Below are positions 30,382 through 33,266 of a DNA stretch of 33,266 nucleotides, piece after piece. Made by a program: the position numbers and the translations under genes. Source of the DNA: an uncultured Anaerolineae bacterium (GTDB lineage: Bacteria; Chloroflexota; Anaerolineae; VGOG01); the NCBI GenBank assembly GCA_964592085.1, contig CAZQDO010000004.1, positions 1 through 33,266 on the forward strand, given 5' to 3'. The notes under the pieces are model-generated. The model had not been told where the DNA came from, made no database searches, and saw only the letters and a list, made by a program, of their open reading frames with translations. Every line of letters starts with the position of its first letter. The first letter of the stretch is position 1.

Positions 30382-33266
30382 TTATATCACACAACTCCCC
30401 GAAAACACAAACTGCTTCCCAAGGGCATTATGGGCAAAGGTAGTAGCGACTTCAGTCGCTTTTGCGGCAGAAAACTGCGACGATTTGAGAAGGCCGCGTT
30501 GATCGTTCGTCAGTCCGCCGACCAACAACCAACGGGACACTGCCTCCTGCGCGATGGCATCGAGCTGGGTTTGCATCAGGCTGCCAGGGTCGCCGTGCGT
30601 GGCTTCGCCTCCAGCCGCAACCAGTGGAATCGTGATGTTCGGTAGCGTGGGTTGCACGTTGGACAGGTTGATCGTGCCCGATGTGCTCACTGTGGGAGGA
30701 TCGGTGGCCGGGTCTCCGCCCCCGCCGGTGTTGTTGTTGTCATCAAGCACACCCTGAACGGTCCCGGACGACGATCCGTTTCGGAAGAGATTGAATGTTC
30801 CATTGGAACGGGTGAATCCGTAGCCCTCGGGAGCCGTGTTGGTCTGCAGGAACAGGTCGAGGCTGTTTCCAGCCTGGTTCTGTACCTCGACCTCAAGTGT
30901 GTTGTCGGTGGGGCTGTTGACCACATCGTGCTGAGGCAGGTTTTCGTTTTGGATGGTGAGATCCAGATTGCCGTCGTTGCGGACATTCACCAGGACGCCC
31001 TGGAACGGTGATGGGCAGTAACCGGTCGGGTCTCCAGTTCCGCAGTCACCGCCCTCGAGATCCGTCCCAGGGCCGCCGACCAGTCCGTCTGTCCAGGTGT
31101 TGTTTTCGACCAAGACGGCAGCGCTGTTGGTTCCCTCGGCCCGGATCACAAGCGCGGCGTCCCAGGGCAGTTTGAACTCGTTTCCTCGCACGATGACTTC
31201 GACGTCACCGCCGTTAAGCCCCAGGGTCAACTGCCCGAATCCACCGGCTGCGTGCATCACTTGATCGAACAAGTTATTGGAGACAATCGCCTCATAAGTG
31301 CCGCCCGCGGGATTCAACGATACACCACCTTGCGGGAAGTTAAAACTGGTGAAGTCCGGAGGCGTCGACTGAGGCGTCTTATGATCGTTGACCTCGAATG
31401 TGTTCTGCGAGATCACCACATCGATGTCGCCAGTGTGCGGGGTCGCGCCACCCCCTTGACCCAAGACCACAACCGATGCCGTCGCGTTGTCGGTGAAGGT
31501 GTTGCCGAGCGCGGGATTGGTTTCGTTGGGATCACCGATCCTGACCACGGCATCGTGTGTTCCCTCGACCTGAACGCTGATCCCCCGAATCCCGACGTTT
31601 ACCGTGCCACCTGAATCGAATGCCTTGTAGATCTGGTTGAATGTGCTCTGCTGAACGGTCATATCCAGAGTGCCGTCGCCGCTCACCGTGCCCAAATCGA
31701 GGCCCCGCCCGCCGTTCTGGAACACGCTGTTGTTGACGCTGACGATACCTGTTATGCCACGGATTCGGACCAGCCCCTCGTCTGCGTCATCTCCGCGATT
31801 GGGCACGTGAAAGCGGTTTGAGTTCTCCAGGGTGCTATTGAGGATTTCCAAGCCGTTCCAGGTCGTGGCAGAGACGCCGTCGGAGAACAGGGCACCGTTG
31901 ATGGCGTTGTCGCTGAAGCGGCGCATCGTGACATTGTCCAGAGTGAGCCCACCATCTACGCTCTGGCCATGGATGCCGTCCACCCCGCTGCGTGTGAAGA
32001 GCGGGTCGCTCGCATCGTCCGAGTCGCTGATGTCCTCAATGATCATGTTTTTGAAGGTGACGCGGCCGTCGGTATTGTTGAACGTGATGGCATCGCTGTC
32101 GGTGATGTTCTCAATGGTGCCGCCCGAACCGTCAGTGCTACCGCTACCTGTCACCATGAGCTCACCGCTGCCGGTGTCGTCGAGGATGATGGCTGGGCTG
32201 TCGGGGCTGACCGAGTCCTGATCAACGTTGATGCTCTGGAAAGTGACACCGCTGGCACCGATGGTGGTGTCGGAGATGTTGACGGCAGTGCCGCCTGTAG
32301 CGATGGTGTTGCCCGTCCCTTGCACCGTGATCGTGCCTCCTCCGGTCGCCGTGAAGCCCGCGCCGCTGGTGGTGTCAATGTCCAGCCCGCCGTTGGTGAA
32401 GTCAATGGTGCCGTCGGGATTTGTGTCGAGGATGACCGCGTCATTCGTTCCGCCGTTGATGACCTTGCTGGTTCCGCTGAAAGTGACGGTGGCCGCGTTG
32501 CCGTTGTTGATCTCCGAGACCTTGATGCCCATCCCCGTGTCGTTGATGTTACCCGACAGGGTGTAGCTGCCGCCGTTCAGTTCCTGGATGAACACCGAGC
32601 GCCCGGTGGTGTTGGTGATGTCGCCAGCGTAGACTACGGTGGCATCGCCGCCGCTGCCGTTGGCGGTGCCACCGACGTCGAAGGCCGTGCCGCTCGCAGC
32701 GGTGATGCTGCCGCCGTTCATGGTCAGCGTGCCGCTGATGAAGTCAAGCTGAATGCCCGCACCACTGCTGCTGTTGGACGAGACAGAATCGAACGTCATG
32801 CCCAGCGTCACGTTGTCGAAGTCAATGGCCACACCGTCGGTGGCGTTGATGGATTCGTCGCCCCCCGTCGCCGTGACATTGATCGTACCGCCGCCCGTGG
32901 CGATAAAGCCCGTGCCACTGGCGGTGTCAATGTCCAGCCCGCCGTCGAAGTTGACCGTGGCGCCGGCGTTGTTGGTCAGGTTGATGCCGTCGGCGGTGCT
33001 GGTATTGCCCGTCACCGCGACGTTAACGTCAATCGTTCCAGTCGAGTGACCGTTGACCTTCACGGCACTCGCTGCATTGTTTTGCGTGATGCTCCCGCCG
33101 TTGTAGCTCACGTTGCCGCTGCTGCTATCCACGTTCAGCGCCACGCCCGTGGGACTACTGATCGTCGTGTCGGCAAAGATGAACGTGCCAGCGGAGCCGT
33201 TGAGGATGTCAATCCCCGCGTCCCCACCGTTGAGGGTCACCGTGCCGTTGAAGTTGTAGGTGCCAT
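30382..33266 (-). CDS. Large parallel beta-helix repeat-containing secreted/surface protein (N-terminus beyond window end)
   Basis: The reading frame stays open to position 33266 (..GTYNFNGTVTLNGGDAG), so the GTG at 33240 in the ORF track is not the true start. The protein is G/T/N/S/D/V-rich with recurring GGxIxVxxTG and IxNNxF-type rungs. It contains an internal duplicate GGLDIDT(A/T)SG(T/A)GF(I/T)ATGGGTI(N/T)V. Confidence 0.85.
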   Translation of the reverse strand, partial: GTYNFNGTVTLNGGDAGIDILNGSAGTFIFADTTISSPTGVALNVDSSSGNVSYNGGSITQNNAASAVKVNGHSTGTIDVNVAVTGNTSTADGINLTNNAGATVNFDGGLDIDTASGTGFIATGGGTINVTATGGDESINATDGVAIDFDNVTLGMTFDSVSSNSSSGAGIQLDFISGTLTMNGGSITAASGTAFDVGGTANGSGGDATVVYAGDITNTTGRSVFIQELNGGSYTLSGNINDTGMGIKVSEINNGNAATVTFSGTSKVINGGTNDAVILDTNPDGTIDFTNGGLDIDTTSGAGFTATGGGTITVQGTGNTIATGGTAVNISDTTIGASGVTFQSINVDQDSVSPDSPAIILDDTGSGELMVTGSGSTDGSGGTIENITDSDAITFNNTDGRVTFKNMIIEDISDSDDASDPLFTRSGVDGIHGQSVDGGLTLDNVTMRRFSDNAINGALFSDGVSATTWNGLEILNSTLENSNRFHVPNRGDDADEGLVRIRGITGIVSVNNSVFQNGGRGLDLGTVSGDGTLDMTVQQSTFNQIYKAFDSGGTVNVGIRGISVQVEGTHDAVVRIGDPNETNPALGNTFTDNATASVVVLGQGGGATPHTGDIDVVISQNTFEVNDHKTPQSTPPDFTSFNFPQGGVSLNPAGGTYEAIVSNNLFDQVMHAAGGFGQLTLGLNGGDVEVIVRGNEFKLPWDAALVIRAEGTNSAAVLVENNTWTDGLVGGPGTDLEGGDCGTGDPTGYCPSPFQGVLVNVRNDGNLDLTIQNENLPQHDVVNSPTDNTLEVEVQNQAGNSLDLFLQTNTAPEGYGFTRSNGTFNLFRNGSSSGTVQGVLDDNNNTGGGGDPATDPPTVSTSGTINLSNVQPTLPNITIPLVAAGGEATHGDPGSLMQTQLDAIAQEAVSRWLLVGGLTNDQRGLLKSSQFSAAKATEVATTFAHNALGKQFVFSGSCVI

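Overview
High-GC (about 60% by eye) bacterial chromosomal window with mostly housekeeping and carbohydrate-utilisation genes. The gene style (E/K/V-rich lipoprotein linker, Uma2 nuclease, pentapeptide-repeat protein, GC-rich REP-like palindromes, short tandem intergenic repeats) suggests a Chloroflexota-like organism; this is a low-confidence inference. In order: a partial LysM lipoprotein (-); mutS2 (+); a LacI-family regulator behind a consensus promoter with a tandem palindromic operator, followed by an Opp/Dpp-type ABC importer (ATPase, SBP, 2 permeases, ATPase). Then a secreted multiheme c-type cytochrome, a DUF4870-like membrane protein, a DJ-1/PfpI protein and a membrane-anchored pentapeptide-repeat protein, followed by three tandem diverged GH4 glycosidases and a strong bidirectional terminator. 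On the minus strand: a SAM methyltransferase translationally coupled to an MFS transporter; a low-GC islet carrying a nuclease-like::beta-class DNA methyltransferase fusion next to a Uma2 endonuclease; an SBP-less BMP/nucleoside-sugar type ABC importer; ftsK; and a large parallel beta-helix repeat protein running off the window end. I found no rRNA, tRNA, CRISPR array, transposase or integrase. The best candidate for something undescribed is the methyltransferase fusion with the adjacent Uma2 gene (21.5-23.7 kb). Secondary curiosities are the cytochrome splitting a sugar locus, several families of intergenic repeats and palindromes, and the unusual operator architecture.
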